Source of the DNA: Patescibacteria group bacterium
Lineage (GTDB): Bacteria > Patescibacteriota > Patescibacteriia > UBA11705 > DATKZF01
Length of the DNA stretch: 64,000 nt
NCBI GenBank assembly: GCA_049319825.1
Contig: JBMORT010000006.1
Location: 166,340-230,339 of the forward strand
Reading direction: 5' to 3'
A program made the translations under genes and the position numbers. Below are positions 8,770-17,623 of the stretch, in pieces (within the stretch, counting starts at the first letter, position 1; each line of letters opens with the position of its first letter). The notes under the pieces are model-generated. The model was not told the origin of the DNA. It searched no databases and saw only the letters and a list, made by a program, of their open reading frames with translations.

Positions 8770-10587
8770 TTATTCATTTTTTATAAAGGTAATCACCTCA
8801 TCGCCTTCACTCAAACCGGAGACTATTTCGGTATTTGAATCGCCTTTTAGCCCGGTTTCGACCTCGACTTCTTCAATGTTGCCGTTCTTTAAGACGCGAA
8901 CGATTTTTTTACCGTTTTGGGAAATGATGGCGCGGTGCGGCACGGCCAGCACATTTTCTTTTTTATCAGTGGTAATGACAACATTGGCCGTCATGCCCGG
9001 CTTGATATCTTTTTCTGATTTTTCGGTGAAGATCAGTTTGATTTTATAATAAATCACCCCGGCGATTTCCGTTTCCGCCGGCTCAATGAATATTACCTTG
9101 GCCTGAAAAATCAAGTCGTCTCCATAAGCGTCGAGAGTAACCTCGGCGAGGTCGTCCAGTTCGACTTTGGCGATATCAGTTTCAGATATATCCAAATCGA
9201 TTTGGGGACTGTCCGTGATGATAGCGGTCATCGGCGCGCCAGCGGCAACATTTTCGCCGATTTGATGCTCCATTTTGGAAACGACGCCATCGACCGGAGC
9301 GATTATTTGAGTTTTTCTATAAGATGAACTGGCTGAATTTAAATTCGCCCGCGCGCGGTTGATTTCCGCTCTTAGCCCGGCCAAATCAACTTCTCTTGGG
9401 TCGGAGGTCAGCCGGTTGAGATCTGCCTCGGCGGCCAAAAGAGAGCTTTCTTTGGCTTTAACACCCAGCTTGGCCGATGCGATCGCATTTTCAGATTCTA
9501 CGGTAACGGTTTGCAGGTTTTGCGATGCCGCTTGATAGTCCTGATCGGCGAGATTATAGGAATTTATGGCCGAATTCAGGGCTTGTTTATAGGATTCCAA
9601 AGTACTGATACCGCTGCGGACGCTGGTTTTAGCGGTATCAACGTTAGCGACAAGCGCATCCAGCTCTGATTGCTTAAAATCAAAAGCTGTCCCGGCGCTT
9701 TCCAGCACCAGCCGCGTGCTGTATAAACATTTATCTATTTGCAAAAAAGCGGAGTCGACCAGATCGATCGCTTGATCGATATCGTTTTGCGGCGAGGTGA
9801 TTGTCAGTCGCTGATAATAATCATCGGCGTCATCGTAGAGTCGCATTGATTCCGGGCAATCGCGAAACGCATTGTTCCAGACCTGCCGGTCAATCGTTAA
9901 ATATTTTTCAAAATCATCATTAATACCGGGTTCGTCGAAGCCAATGACCGAGTCGGCGGTCTGTAGGCCATTAAAAATCGTCAGCAAACTGTTGCCGAGC
10001 TGGATGAAAATATTATTGTAAGCATCTTTGACTTTTTGGCTCAGCTCAGCCGAGTCGTCAATCAGTTCGAGATTAAGCTTGGCTTTTTCCAAAGATACCT
10101 CGGCGTTTTTAATATTTTGTTCCGCTGATTTGGTAACGGACAGCAAGTCATTTTGGGCGGTTTCCAGCGCCACCGATGCGATCGCCACATTTGCTTTGGC
10201 GATATCGATATCCTGGTTGGTGGCGCCGGCCAATTTTAAATTAAGCGCCGCTTGGGCAGCGTCCAGGGCGGCCTGAGCCGCGCTGACTGATGCCGCTTGA
10301 TCTTGCGACTCCAATTCAGCGATAATCGCTTGGGAGCTGACTTTTTGTCCTATCGAATAATTGATTCGGCCGACAATGCCGCTGGTCTGAAATCCCAGCT
10401 CAATATCCGGGTCGCTGACCACTTTACCGGTCTCGGAAACGGTCTGAAGCAGGGTTTGGCGTTCGGCCTTGACCGTATTGTATTCTTCTTGTTTCGGCGC
10501 CCTGGATTTAGCAATGATAGAAATCACGACGATAATTACGATGATTGCTAAAACAATCCAAAAGCTTTTTCTTTTGAATATTGACAT
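8770..10587 (-). CDS. periplasmic adaptor / membrane-fusion protein, HlyD/MacA/YknX family
   Basis: N-terminal TM helix, a very long coiled-coil hairpin region and a C-terminal beta-barrel/MPD region. It sits upstream of the ATPase and the two permeases. Confidence 0.8.
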   Translation of the reverse strand: MSIFKRKSFWIVLAIIVIIVVISIIAKSRAPKQEEYNTVKAERQTLLQTVSETGKVVSDPDIELGFQTSGIVGRINYSIGQKVSSQAIIAELESQDQAASVSAAQAALDAAQAALNLKLAGATNQDIDIAKANVAIASVALETAQNDLLSVTKSAEQNIKNAEVSLEKAKLNLELIDDSAELSQKVKDAYNNIFIQLGNSLLTIFNGLQTADSVIGFDEPGINDDFEKYLTIDRQVWNNAFRDCPESMRLYDDADDYYQRLTITSPQNDIDQAIDLVDSAFLQIDKCLYSTRLVLESAGTAFDFKQSELDALVANVDTAKTSVRSGISTLESYKQALNSAINSYNLADQDYQAASQNLQTVTVESENAIASAKLGVKAKESSLLAAEADLNRLTSDPREVDLAGLRAEINRARANLNSASSSYRKTQIIAPVDGVVSKMEHQIGENVAAGAPMTAIITDSPQIDLDISETDIAKVELDDLAEVTLDAYGDDLIFQAKVIFIEPAETEIAGVIYYKIKLIFTEKSEKDIKPGMTANVVITTDKKENVLAVPHRAIISQNGKKIVRVLKNGNIEEVEVETGLKGDSNTEIVSGLSEGDEVITFIKNE

Positions 10588-10663
10588 AAAGTAAAATTCT
10601 ATTATATTCTATCAGTTATTTTGATTTTTGTAAAATAAAATGGGTGTATGAAAACAGCTGGAG

Positions 10664-10691
10664 TTGACAATTTTTGTGCTTATTATATAAT
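10664..10691 (+). promoter_or_regulatory. near-consensus sigma70-type promoter (TTGACA-16-TATAAT)
   Basis: TTGACA at 10664-10669 and TATAAT at 10686-10691. It lies ~118 nt upstream of the ATG at 10810. The leader contains the hairpin CATCTTCCCAGGAAGATG. Confidence 0.45.
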
Positions 10692-10809
10692 TCTTATCCC
10701 TGATCGGTGATGTTCATCTTCCCAGGAAGATGAAATAACCGCCGGTCAAAGGAAGCGTCTCCCAGGAGGCGCGGCTTCAGAGAGCTTCTCAAACCAAAAG
10801 GAGGCCGAC

Positions 10810-11874
10810 ATGGCAGAGAAGCAAGTGCCTGAAGAACAGCAGTTTGAGTTCCTTAGACAAAAACTCCTCGGCAACGAGGCGTTCGGCCGAGTCCGCGGAA
10901 CGCTCGGGCTAATCCCGGATGACGAGCTCGGAATTTTGGGAACCGCTCTGGCAGCGTCAGAATCACCGACGAATTTTTGCCAGCGCTGGGACCAGGTCAG
11001 TTCTGATCTGCGCGTTTTCGGCAATATGTTGGCATGTTTCAATCGCGACGGCTGGGAAGCTGCTTCGCGTGAATTGACCAGAACTCTTCTGGACAAGACG
11101 TATCGACTTCCGGGCGAAACCGTACCGCTGCATGAAACAGAGCCGGTGACAGTGGTGGTGTTCGATTTTTCCAGAACGCTCACCATGATTCGCTGGATTC
11201 GTTGCGCGCATTGGGGCGACTTGAATGATTATATTAGAGAGATTAATGATGACAGGGAAAGTGTGGCGGTCAAGGGCGATTGGTTTGAAAGAAATATTCC
11301 GCGACAGCTAACCATTCAGCTATATGAAAGTTTTCCGGATTTGTTTAGGTATATCCGCGAGGGATCCGGGGAGTATGACTACTTGGATTTGGTACAATCA
11401 TACCGTAATCATGCGCTCGGTGATATTGACACGTCACAGTTATCGAAAATCGGATATTTTCTCAGGCTGGCCTGGCAGACATATAATGTGCGTTTTGCGA
11501 TAGCTGGACTTTGTCTCGGTTACTTTTGCCGCACTGATCAAGCTGAAGTTCTGTCTCGCTTTTCACGGCAGCAGCAAAATAGGATCGCCACCTGGACAGT
11601 GCGGCTGCCTAGGGTATTATTAGAGGAGCAGAAAATTTCTTCGTTATGGATCGGATTTCATCCGGAGCAGGTACATGAAGATTGGAAAAATGTCTCTAAT
11701 GTATATGCCAGCCTCGGCTGTTCAAATGGTTATGGAGTTGTCGTAATGAATGGTAAATATTATGATCCCTTACGGGATCACACGAGCCGCTACCATAAGA
11801 AATTCAGCTCCCAAAATGTAACTTTAGACGATATTAATGAGCAGCTGGCGTTCGAGCTGGAGATCGTCAGATAA
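10810..11874 (+). CDS. hypothetical protein (no recognised domain)
   Basis: 354-aa ORF with a strong RBS (AAAAGGAGG-6-ATG) and GC noticeably above its neighbours. Confidence 0.6.
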   Translation: MAEKQVPEEQQFEFLRQKLLGNEAFGRVRGTLGLIPDDELGILGTALAASESPTNFCQRWDQVSSDLRVFGNMLACFNRDGWEAASRELTRTLLDKTYRLPGETVPLHETEPVTVVVFDFSRTLTMIRWIRCAHWGDLNDYIREINDDRESVAVKGDWFERNIPRQLTIQLYESFPDLFRYIREGSGEYDYLDLVQSYRNHALGDIDTSQLSKIGYFLRLAWQTYNVRFAIAGLCLGYFCRTDQAEVLSRFSRQQQNRIATWTVRLPRVLLEEQKISSLWIGFHPEQVHEDWKNVSNVYASLGCSNGYGVVVMNGKYYDPLRDHTSRYHKKFSSQNVTLDDINEQLAFELEIVR

Positions 11875-11982
11875 TATTTTTTAGGAAATGAAAATTCATT
11901 TCCTTTTTTAATTGAAATAATTCTGACTGCCGCTGATAAAAAAACCGCCTCTTTTGCAAAGAGGCGGTTAGGCGATAATGCG

Positions 11983-12999
11983 CTATTTTTTCCAGAAATA
12001 TTTGATGAATTTCCAGCTGTATTTGACAATGACCAGCAATATCAGCAGATACAGAGCGATCTGCACGACGCGAAGGAGCACCGTGACCAGCGTGACCGTG
12101 ACGCCCTGAGCGACGTCGTTTATATCATTGACGAATTTTTTAATGGCCGCCTTCCAGGCGTCTTTTAGATTTTCACCGTCAATGAATTTATCTTCGATTA
12201 TGTTGACGTGAAAGTAAGTGTATTCCAGCCGGTCGAGCTGAACGGCCTTTGATCGCGAGATCATGTCGAGCTGGGAATTGACATTGATGCGCTCCTGTGT
12301 CAGCCTCTCGATAATGGCGATTTTGCTGTCGATAATTTTGGCCAGCGTCTCGACATCCTGGACGCGCGTGGCCAAGGCGGTGATATTGTCATAAGCGGCC
12401 ATGGCTTTGTTCAAAGTTTCATCAATCGACTCCAATTTCTTCTCGAGAATATCAATCTCGCTGGTATAGTCTTCGATTATGTTTTTAATGGTGTAGGTGC
12501 TCTCGGTAAGCTCTTTGGGATCGGTTGAATTGATGATGTCCAGAATCTGGCTGACGCTGTCTTTTTTTACTTTAAAGATGTAATTGCAGCCTTGATCATA
12601 CTCATTGGCGCTCTCGAAGATGACGTCCTCTCGGGCTTTGAGATCGGTGATGAGCGCGCAAGTTTTATCCAGCTCGCGGGTTTCGATCATCGCGTAATAT
12701 TCCGTCACTTCATATTCTTCCGCGTCGCTGCCGGTTGTGGTGCTCGGGACAGGAGCGATATTTCTTTCCGATAATCCGATAGGCTCCATGGCGGGATAGC
12801 CGATTCCACTTTTATAATCGTATCCGGTGGAGCTTTGAGGGTAAACATCATAGCCGTAATCTCTGTTTTTCAAGACAGTATTAATTGATGTGCCAATCAG
12901 GCGGAAAGCGACCACCAGCAAGAAAATGGCGACAATGGCGACGCCGGCGATTTTGAAAATATTCGCGGCGGTCAGATTGTGTTTTTTGAAGAAGTCCAT
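11983..12999 (-). CDS. DUF4349-like membrane protein (TM - coiled-coil - TM)
   Basis: N-terminal TM helix, a central coiled-coil and a C-terminal hydrophobic helix plus basic tail. This architecture is typical of DUF4349. Confidence 0.5.
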   Translation of the reverse strand: MDFFKKHNLTAANIFKIAGVAIVAIFLLVVAFRLIGTSINTVLKNRDYGYDVYPQSSTGYDYKSGIGYPAMEPIGLSERNIAPVPSTTTGSDAEEYEVTEYYAMIETRELDKTCALITDLKAREDVIFESANEYDQGCNYIFKVKKDSVSQILDIINSTDPKELTESTYTIKNIIEDYTSEIDILEKKLESIDETLNKAMAAYDNITALATRVQDVETLAKIIDSKIAIIERLTQERINVNSQLDMISRSKAVQLDRLEYTYFHVNIIEDKFIDGENLKDAWKAAIKKFVNDINDVAQGVTVTLVTVLLRVVQIALYLLILLVIVKYSWKFIKYFWKK

Positions 13000-13223
13000 A
13001 AATTTTGTATATATTAAATTTTAGCTGCTGTATACATTATATCAATTGGCAGGGAGGGAGACAATATCGTTTAAAATAAAAAAAGCCCAGAAGGCTTATT
13101 GGCTTGCCAGCCGTAGCTTCAGCGAAGGCTGGCTCGGGGGCAGGGATTTCCGCCTACGCCCTCGCTAGCTCGGGCTTCGGCGGACAGGCGAACCGGTTTA
13201 TCGTCGGGGTTCTCATCCCTGTA

Positions 13224-13250
13224 AATAAAAAAAGACCCGCAAGGTCGTCT
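13224..13250 (-). terminator. rho-independent terminator downstream of tRNA-Gln (minus strand)
   Basis: Minus-strand hairpin AGACC-TTGCG-GGTCT followed by TTTTTTTATTT. Confidence 0.5.
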
Positions 13251-13277
13251 GGCTCGCCACGTCGTTCGCGAACGACG

Positions 13278-13351
13278 TGGCTCGGGGACAGGGATTCGAA
13301 CCCCGATAGCCAGGACCAAAACCTGGAGTCCTACCATTAGACGATCCCCGA
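13278..13351 (-). tRNA. tRNA-Gln (anticodon TTG), CCA encoded
   Basis: Hand-folded. Acceptor stem TCGGGGA/TCCCCGA, D-stem GTCT/GGAC, anticodon stem CCAGG/CCTGG, loop TTTTGGT, T-arm CGGGG-TTCGAAT-CCCTG, discriminator G and a 3' CCA. Length 74 nt. Confidence 0.85.
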
Positions 13352-13634
13352 ATGTAAGAAATTGGAAATTGGAAACTAGAAATTATAATTTTAAAAATTT
13401 CAAAAACTACAAATATTATACTGGATAAAGAAAGTTTTGTCAAACAATTTTAGCTTTACTTTTCCCTTCGTTTATAGTAAAATTAGACTTGATTATATTG
13501 TGATTTGGATTAAATTATTTAAATTTTCAATTGCGTGATGAGAAAAATTAATAAATAAAAATCTCATTGAAACGCTAACAAGAATAGCTAATGTTCTAAA
13601 TGTTGGCACTGATGATTTAATAAAATAAAAAAAC

Positions 13635-14387
13635 ATGGCAGAACTAACCACAATTGAAAAACAGATTCTTGAAAAGCTCTTTCAAATGGGCGGTGGTTAC
13701 GTTTTAAATTTTTCTGACAGAACAATGGGTGAATTTTTCAGAGACGATGTTGGACTAGATATTTACACTCAGAAATACAATTACGCAAGCGGCTCAAAAG
13801 CCAATCGTATGCGTGGTCTATGGTTAAAAGCAGACAATAAAACGGTAGGAAACTCTATATTAAAACTTATTGAATACATTGAAAGTCAAATTTTGATTGA
13901 TGAACTTTCCCGTGATGATTTTCCCGAAGATAGAATAAAGGCCGCCAAAGAGATAGTTGACAAATTGTTAGGGAAAAAGAGTAAGCCAAAAGATAGTAAA
14001 TCGAAAGCTACTTTTAAAAATGGCAATATTAACATTACTTTACAAAAAGATATTTTTGATCATGTCCAAAAATTATTGAATAGCGGGCATTATTTCAATG
14101 CAGTCGAAGAAGCATACAAAATTGTTAGAAAAAAACTAAAAGATATTACTGGAAAAGAAAAAGCGACGGACGCTTTTAACAGTTCAAATTATGAAAAAAT
14201 TTTTGGCCATCAGCCTGTAGAGCAAGCTGAGAAAGATTTTTTTGAGGGCGTAAAATTTTTACATATGTCTATTCAATTTTTACGAAATGAGAAAGCGCAT
14301 ACGCCAGCGCGTGATTTGGACAAAAATTTAGCAATTCATTATATATCGCTCGCCAGTTTAGCGTATGATTTAATCACTAGAAAGTGA
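13635..14387 (+). CDS. HEPN-domain protein, TIGR02391/Abi-like (putative abortive-infection RNase)
   Basis: The C-terminal domain carries the Rx4H HEPN motif (FLRNEKAHT) in a TIGR02391-like context (GHYFNAVEEAYKIVRKKL). It is the first gene of the AT-rich island. Confidence 0.6.
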   Translation: MAELTTIEKQILEKLFQMGGGYVLNFSDRTMGEFFRDDVGLDIYTQKYNYASGSKANRMRGLWLKADNKTVGNSILKLIEYIESQILIDELSRDDFPEDRIKAAKEIVDKLLGKKSKPKDSKSKATFKNGNINITLQKDIFDHVQKLLNSGHYFNAVEEAYKIVRKKLKDITGKEKATDAFNSSNYEKIFGHQPVEQAEKDFFEGVKFLHMSIQFLRNEKAHTPARDLDKNLAIHYISLASLAYDLITRK

Positions 14388-14393
14388 ATTATT

Positions 14394-15422
14394 ATGGCAC
14401 ATAAACACTTACACAAGGCAGGCCGTGCGAAGAATGATGAGTTTTATACCCAGCTCGTTGACATTGAAAAAGAGCTTAAATACTACAAAGAACAATTCCG
14501 TGGCAAGGTTGTGTACTGTAATTGCGATGATCCTTTTGAAAGTAATTTTTTCAAGTATTTCGCTGCCAATTTTAATGCATTAGGACTCAAGAAACTCATC
14601 ACAACGAGTTACAATAAATCACCGATTGCAGGTAGACAGTTGCCCTTGTTTGAAATGGAGGGGTTGAAATCTATAAAGCCTATAGACGCAGAGCCCTACA
14701 AAATTGAAATAAATGAAGTATCCGATATTAACAACGATGGCGCGATAAATCTCGAAGACGTTGAACAATTAATAAAGCATGAGAAAAACATCGCAACCCC
14801 CTTGCGTGGTAACGGTGATTTCCGCAGTGACGAGTGTATTGAGCTACTCAAGCAAGCCGATATAGTCGTGACTAACCCTCCATTTTCACTATTCCGTGAG
14901 TATGTCGCCCAGCTTGTGAAATATAAAAAAAAGTTTTTGATTATAGGTAATACAAATGCCCTAACTTATAAAGAGATTTTTAAATTAATTAAAGAGAATA
15001 AATTCCGCACTGGCTATACCAATTTTAATGTAGGTATGTTTTTTGTTGTACCAGACGATTGGGAACATTTTCACCATGTCGATAAAGATGGCAAAAAAAT
15101 TGCGCGAGTCTCAACATCATGCTGGTTTACAAATCTTGAAGTTGAAAAACACAAGGAAGATATCATTCTTTACAAAAAATATACACCCGAAGAGTATCCA
15201 AAATATGACAACTATAATGCAATCAATGTAAATAAATACACAGATATTCCCTATGATTACACTGGGTATATTGGCGTACCAATCACTTTTATCGATAAAT
15301 ATAATCCTGAACAGTTTGAAATAGTGAGATTTCGAAAAGGTAATGATGATAAAGACTTATCAATAAATGGAAAATATACCTATTTTAGAATTATTATAAA
15401 AAATAAGAAAGTTAAAAAATAA
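14394..15422 (+). CDS. DNA N6-adenine methyltransferase, EcoRI-methylase-like family
   Basis: N-terminal KNDEFYTQ...VVYCNCDDPFESNFFKYF and catalytic motif IV TNPPFS. The resemblance to M.EcoRI is recalled from memory, not searched. Confidence 0.7.
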   Translation: MAHKHLHKAGRAKNDEFYTQLVDIEKELKYYKEQFRGKVVYCNCDDPFESNFFKYFAANFNALGLKKLITTSYNKSPIAGRQLPLFEMEGLKSIKPIDAEPYKIEINEVSDINNDGAINLEDVEQLIKHEKNIATPLRGNGDFRSDECIELLKQADIVVTNPPFSLFREYVAQLVKYKKKFLIIGNTNALTYKEIFKLIKENKFRTGYTNFNVGMFFVVPDDWEHFHHVDKDGKKIARVSTSCWFTNLEVEKHKEDIILYKKYTPEEYPKYDNYNAINVNKYTDIPYDYTGYIGVPITFIDKYNPEQFEIVRFRKGNDDKDLSINGKYTYFRIIIKNKKVKK

Positions 15423-15423
15423 T

Positions 15424-16533
15424 ATGAAAATAGAGCTTCATCAAATTCCAATTGGCAAAGTCATCGCCGGTTACAAGGATAGCGCCGAAGAAGGTGTCGT
15501 GGCTTATGACGGTAAGCTTGATATTCGCCCAAAGTATCAGAGAGAATTTGTGTACAATGAAAAACAGCGCAATGCCGTGATTGAAACCGTTAAGCAAAAC
15601 TTCCCGCTCAACGTAATGTACTGGATGGTTCGCGAAGACGGTGGCTATGAAATGCTGGACGGTCAGCAACGTACCATCAGTATTGGGCAGTATGTGAATG
15701 GTGACTTCTCGCTCGAAAATCGTTTTTTCCATAATTTAACACCTGAAGAACAAGATCAGATTTTGGATTATGAATTAATGATTTACTTTTGTGAAGGTAC
15801 GGATAAGGAAAGATTAGATTGGTTTAAAACAATCAATATAGCCGGTGAAAAATTAACCGACCAAGAAATTCGTAATGCGGTTTACACAGGGCCGTGGCTT
15901 TCTGACGCTAAATTGAAGTTTAGCAAAACACAGTGTGCGGCATATCGTTTAGCGACCGACGGCGGAAAGTTAGTCAGCGGTTCTCCAATCCGTCAAGAAT
16001 ATTTAGAAGCCGCGCTTTCATGGATAAACAACGGCGAAGTTGCGGATTACATGGCGAAGCATCAGCACAACAAAAATGCTAATCAGTTGTGGGAATATTT
16101 CCAAGATGTCATTGCGTGGGTGCGTAAAACTTTTCCAAATTACCGAAAAGAAATGGCAAGCGTAAATTGGGGCGAATTATACAACAAATTCAAAAAAAAG
16201 AAGCTAAACGCCGAAAAACTAGAAGCCGAAATTGCCAAGTTAATGCAGGATGAGGATGTAACAAAAAAATCTGGCATATATCCTTATGTACTCACAGGAG
16301 AAGAAAAACACCTTTCTATTCGCGCGTTCACCGACAAAATGAAGCGGGAAGCATACGAGCGGCAAAAAGGTGTTTGCCCTTGGTGCAAAAAAGAGAAGAA
16401 AGAAAAACAAAAATGGGAAATTGAAGAAATGGAAGCCGACCATATTAAGCCTTGGCACGAGGGCGGAAAAACAACCGCAGAGAATTGCCAAATGTTATGC
16501 AAACAAGATAACCGAACTAAATCGGGGAAGTAA
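15424..16533 (+). CDS. DUF262 (ParB/GmrS-like, DGQQR motif) N-domain fused to a C-terminal HNH nuclease
   Basis: DGQQRT motif and a C-terminal CPWC...ADHIKPWHEGGKTTAENCQMLCKQDN HNH motif. The start is 2 nt after the methyltransferase stop. Confidence 0.8.
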   Translation: MKIELHQIPIGKVIAGYKDSAEEGVVAYDGKLDIRPKYQREFVYNEKQRNAVIETVKQNFPLNVMYWMVREDGGYEMLDGQQRTISIGQYVNGDFSLENRFFHNLTPEEQDQILDYELMIYFCEGTDKERLDWFKTINIAGEKLTDQEIRNAVYTGPWLSDAKLKFSKTQCAAYRLATDGGKLVSGSPIRQEYLEAALSWINNGEVADYMAKHQHNKNANQLWEYFQDVIAWVRKTFPNYRKEMASVNWGELYNKFKKKKLNAEKLEAEIAKLMQDEDVTKKSGIYPYVLTGEEKHLSIRAFTDKMKREAYERQKGVCPWCKKEKKEKQKWEIEEMEADHIKPWHEGGKTTAENCQMLCKQDNRTKSGK

Positions 16534-16640
16534 AAATTGGAATAGGGTGTGTATAATTTTCTTTACATGACTCTTGACAAAAAATTCTACATCGCTTACA
16601 ATGGAGGTGTAAGTATTATTAAATAATTTCCATTAACACT

Positions 16641-16853
16641 ATGGATAGAAAACGAAAAGCAGACCACGAAAAAATAAAGAAAATTTTAGAAAAACGTGGT
16701 TATAAAAACGGTGAACCACCACGTGGATATGAGGTGCACCACATCAAACCACTTGCAGAAGGCGGAAAGGATACACCTAAAAATATTCGGGTAATAAAAA
16801 TAATAAAACACAAACAAATACACGCTAATCGTAAAGAAAGAAGTAAAATTTAA
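16641..16853 (+). CDS. mini HNH endonuclease (70 aa)
   Basis: The motif EVHHIKPLAEGGKDTPKNIRV...H resembles the HNH core of the upstream gene (HIKP-EGGK-T--N). Confidence 0.6.
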   Translation: MDRKRKADHEKIKKILEKRGYKNGEPPRGYEVHHIKPLAEGGKDTPKNIRVIKIIKHKQIHANRKERSKI

Positions 16854-16855
16854 TT

Positions 16856-17623
16856 ATGTTTGGAAAATTTATCCAACATCAACGTACCAAGCGAAATATG
16901 ACACAGGAATATCTTGCGTCAGAGCTTGATATGTCTCGTCCCACTTATTTACAGATTGAACGCGGGGAGCGAGAGCTTACGATTTCCGAAGCAAAAAAGC
17001 TGGCGGCTCTTTTTGACATGCCGCTTGAAAATTTTCTTGCTGCCAGAGAACCAAAACGAAGTGTTGCCATTGAAAAAGAATCGGTAAAAAAAACTGAAGA
17101 CTTGCAGATTCGCGTTACAGAAAAAAACCTTGATAAATTCAAGCAGGTTTTGCTTTATGTTTTGAATAAGGTTGGTGGCAAGCCAAATGTTGGTGAAACA
17201 GTTTTGCATAAACTTCTTTATTTTATCGATTTTGACTACTACGAGAAGTTTGAAGAAAACTTAATGGGTGCAACTTATATCAAAAATCATCACGGTCCCA
17301 CTTCTATCGAGCTCGGCACAATTATAGAGGAAATGCAGACGCAGGGTGAGTTAGAAGCTGTAAAGAGTCAGTATTTTAAGTATTTACAAAAAAAGTATCT
17401 GCCGCGAAAACGTCCTAATCTCGATATTCTTTCCGCGCGAGAAATTGAGCACATTGATGATGTACTTGCTCGTCTTTCAGACAAAAATGCTGCGGAAATA
17501 GAAAATTATTCACACGAGGACATTCCTTGGAAATCTGCGCAGGACGGCAAGCCGCTTTCTTACGAGAGCGTTTTCTACCGCGACGAGCGATACTCCGTAA
17601 GAAACTATGACGATAAACTTTAA
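16856..17623 (+). CDS. HTH-XRE + Panacea/SocA (DUF4065) domain protein, PanA-type antitoxin candidate
   Basis: N-terminal XRE HTH (MTQEYLASELDMSRPTYLQIERGER). Panacea-like core VGGKPNVGETVLHKLLYFIDFDYYEKFEENLMGATYIKNHHGP. Starts 3 nt after the mini-HNH stop. Confidence 0.65.
   Translation: MFGKFIQHQRTKRNMTQEYLASELDMSRPTYLQIERGERELTISEAKKLAALFDMPLENFLAAREPKRSVAIEKESVKKTEDLQIRVTEKNLDKFKQVLLYVLNKVGGKPNVGETVLHKLLYFIDFDYYEKFEENLMGATYIKNHHGPTSIELGTIIEEMQTQGELEAVKSQYFKYLQKKYLPRKRPNLDILSAREIEHIDDVLARLSDKNAAEIENYSHEDIPWKSAQDGKPLSYESVFYRDERYSVRNYDDKL

Noticed and set aside
13080-13260. Possible second (degenerate) tRNA, or tmRNA/RNase P-like RNA, suggested by the T-arm-like strings GGGGTTCTCATCCCTG and GGCGGAAATCCCTGCC.
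   Set aside because: I could not fold a complete cloverleaf because no complementary 5' acceptor strand is present. There are no tmRNA or RNase P consensus boxes. I kept it only as a tRNA 3'-end direct repeat.
13104-13443. ORFs 13104..13340(+), 13119..13337(-) and 13213..13443(-).
   Set aside because: They overlap tRNA-Gln, its terminator and the tRNA 3'-end repeat. That region is better explained as RNA or att-like sequence.
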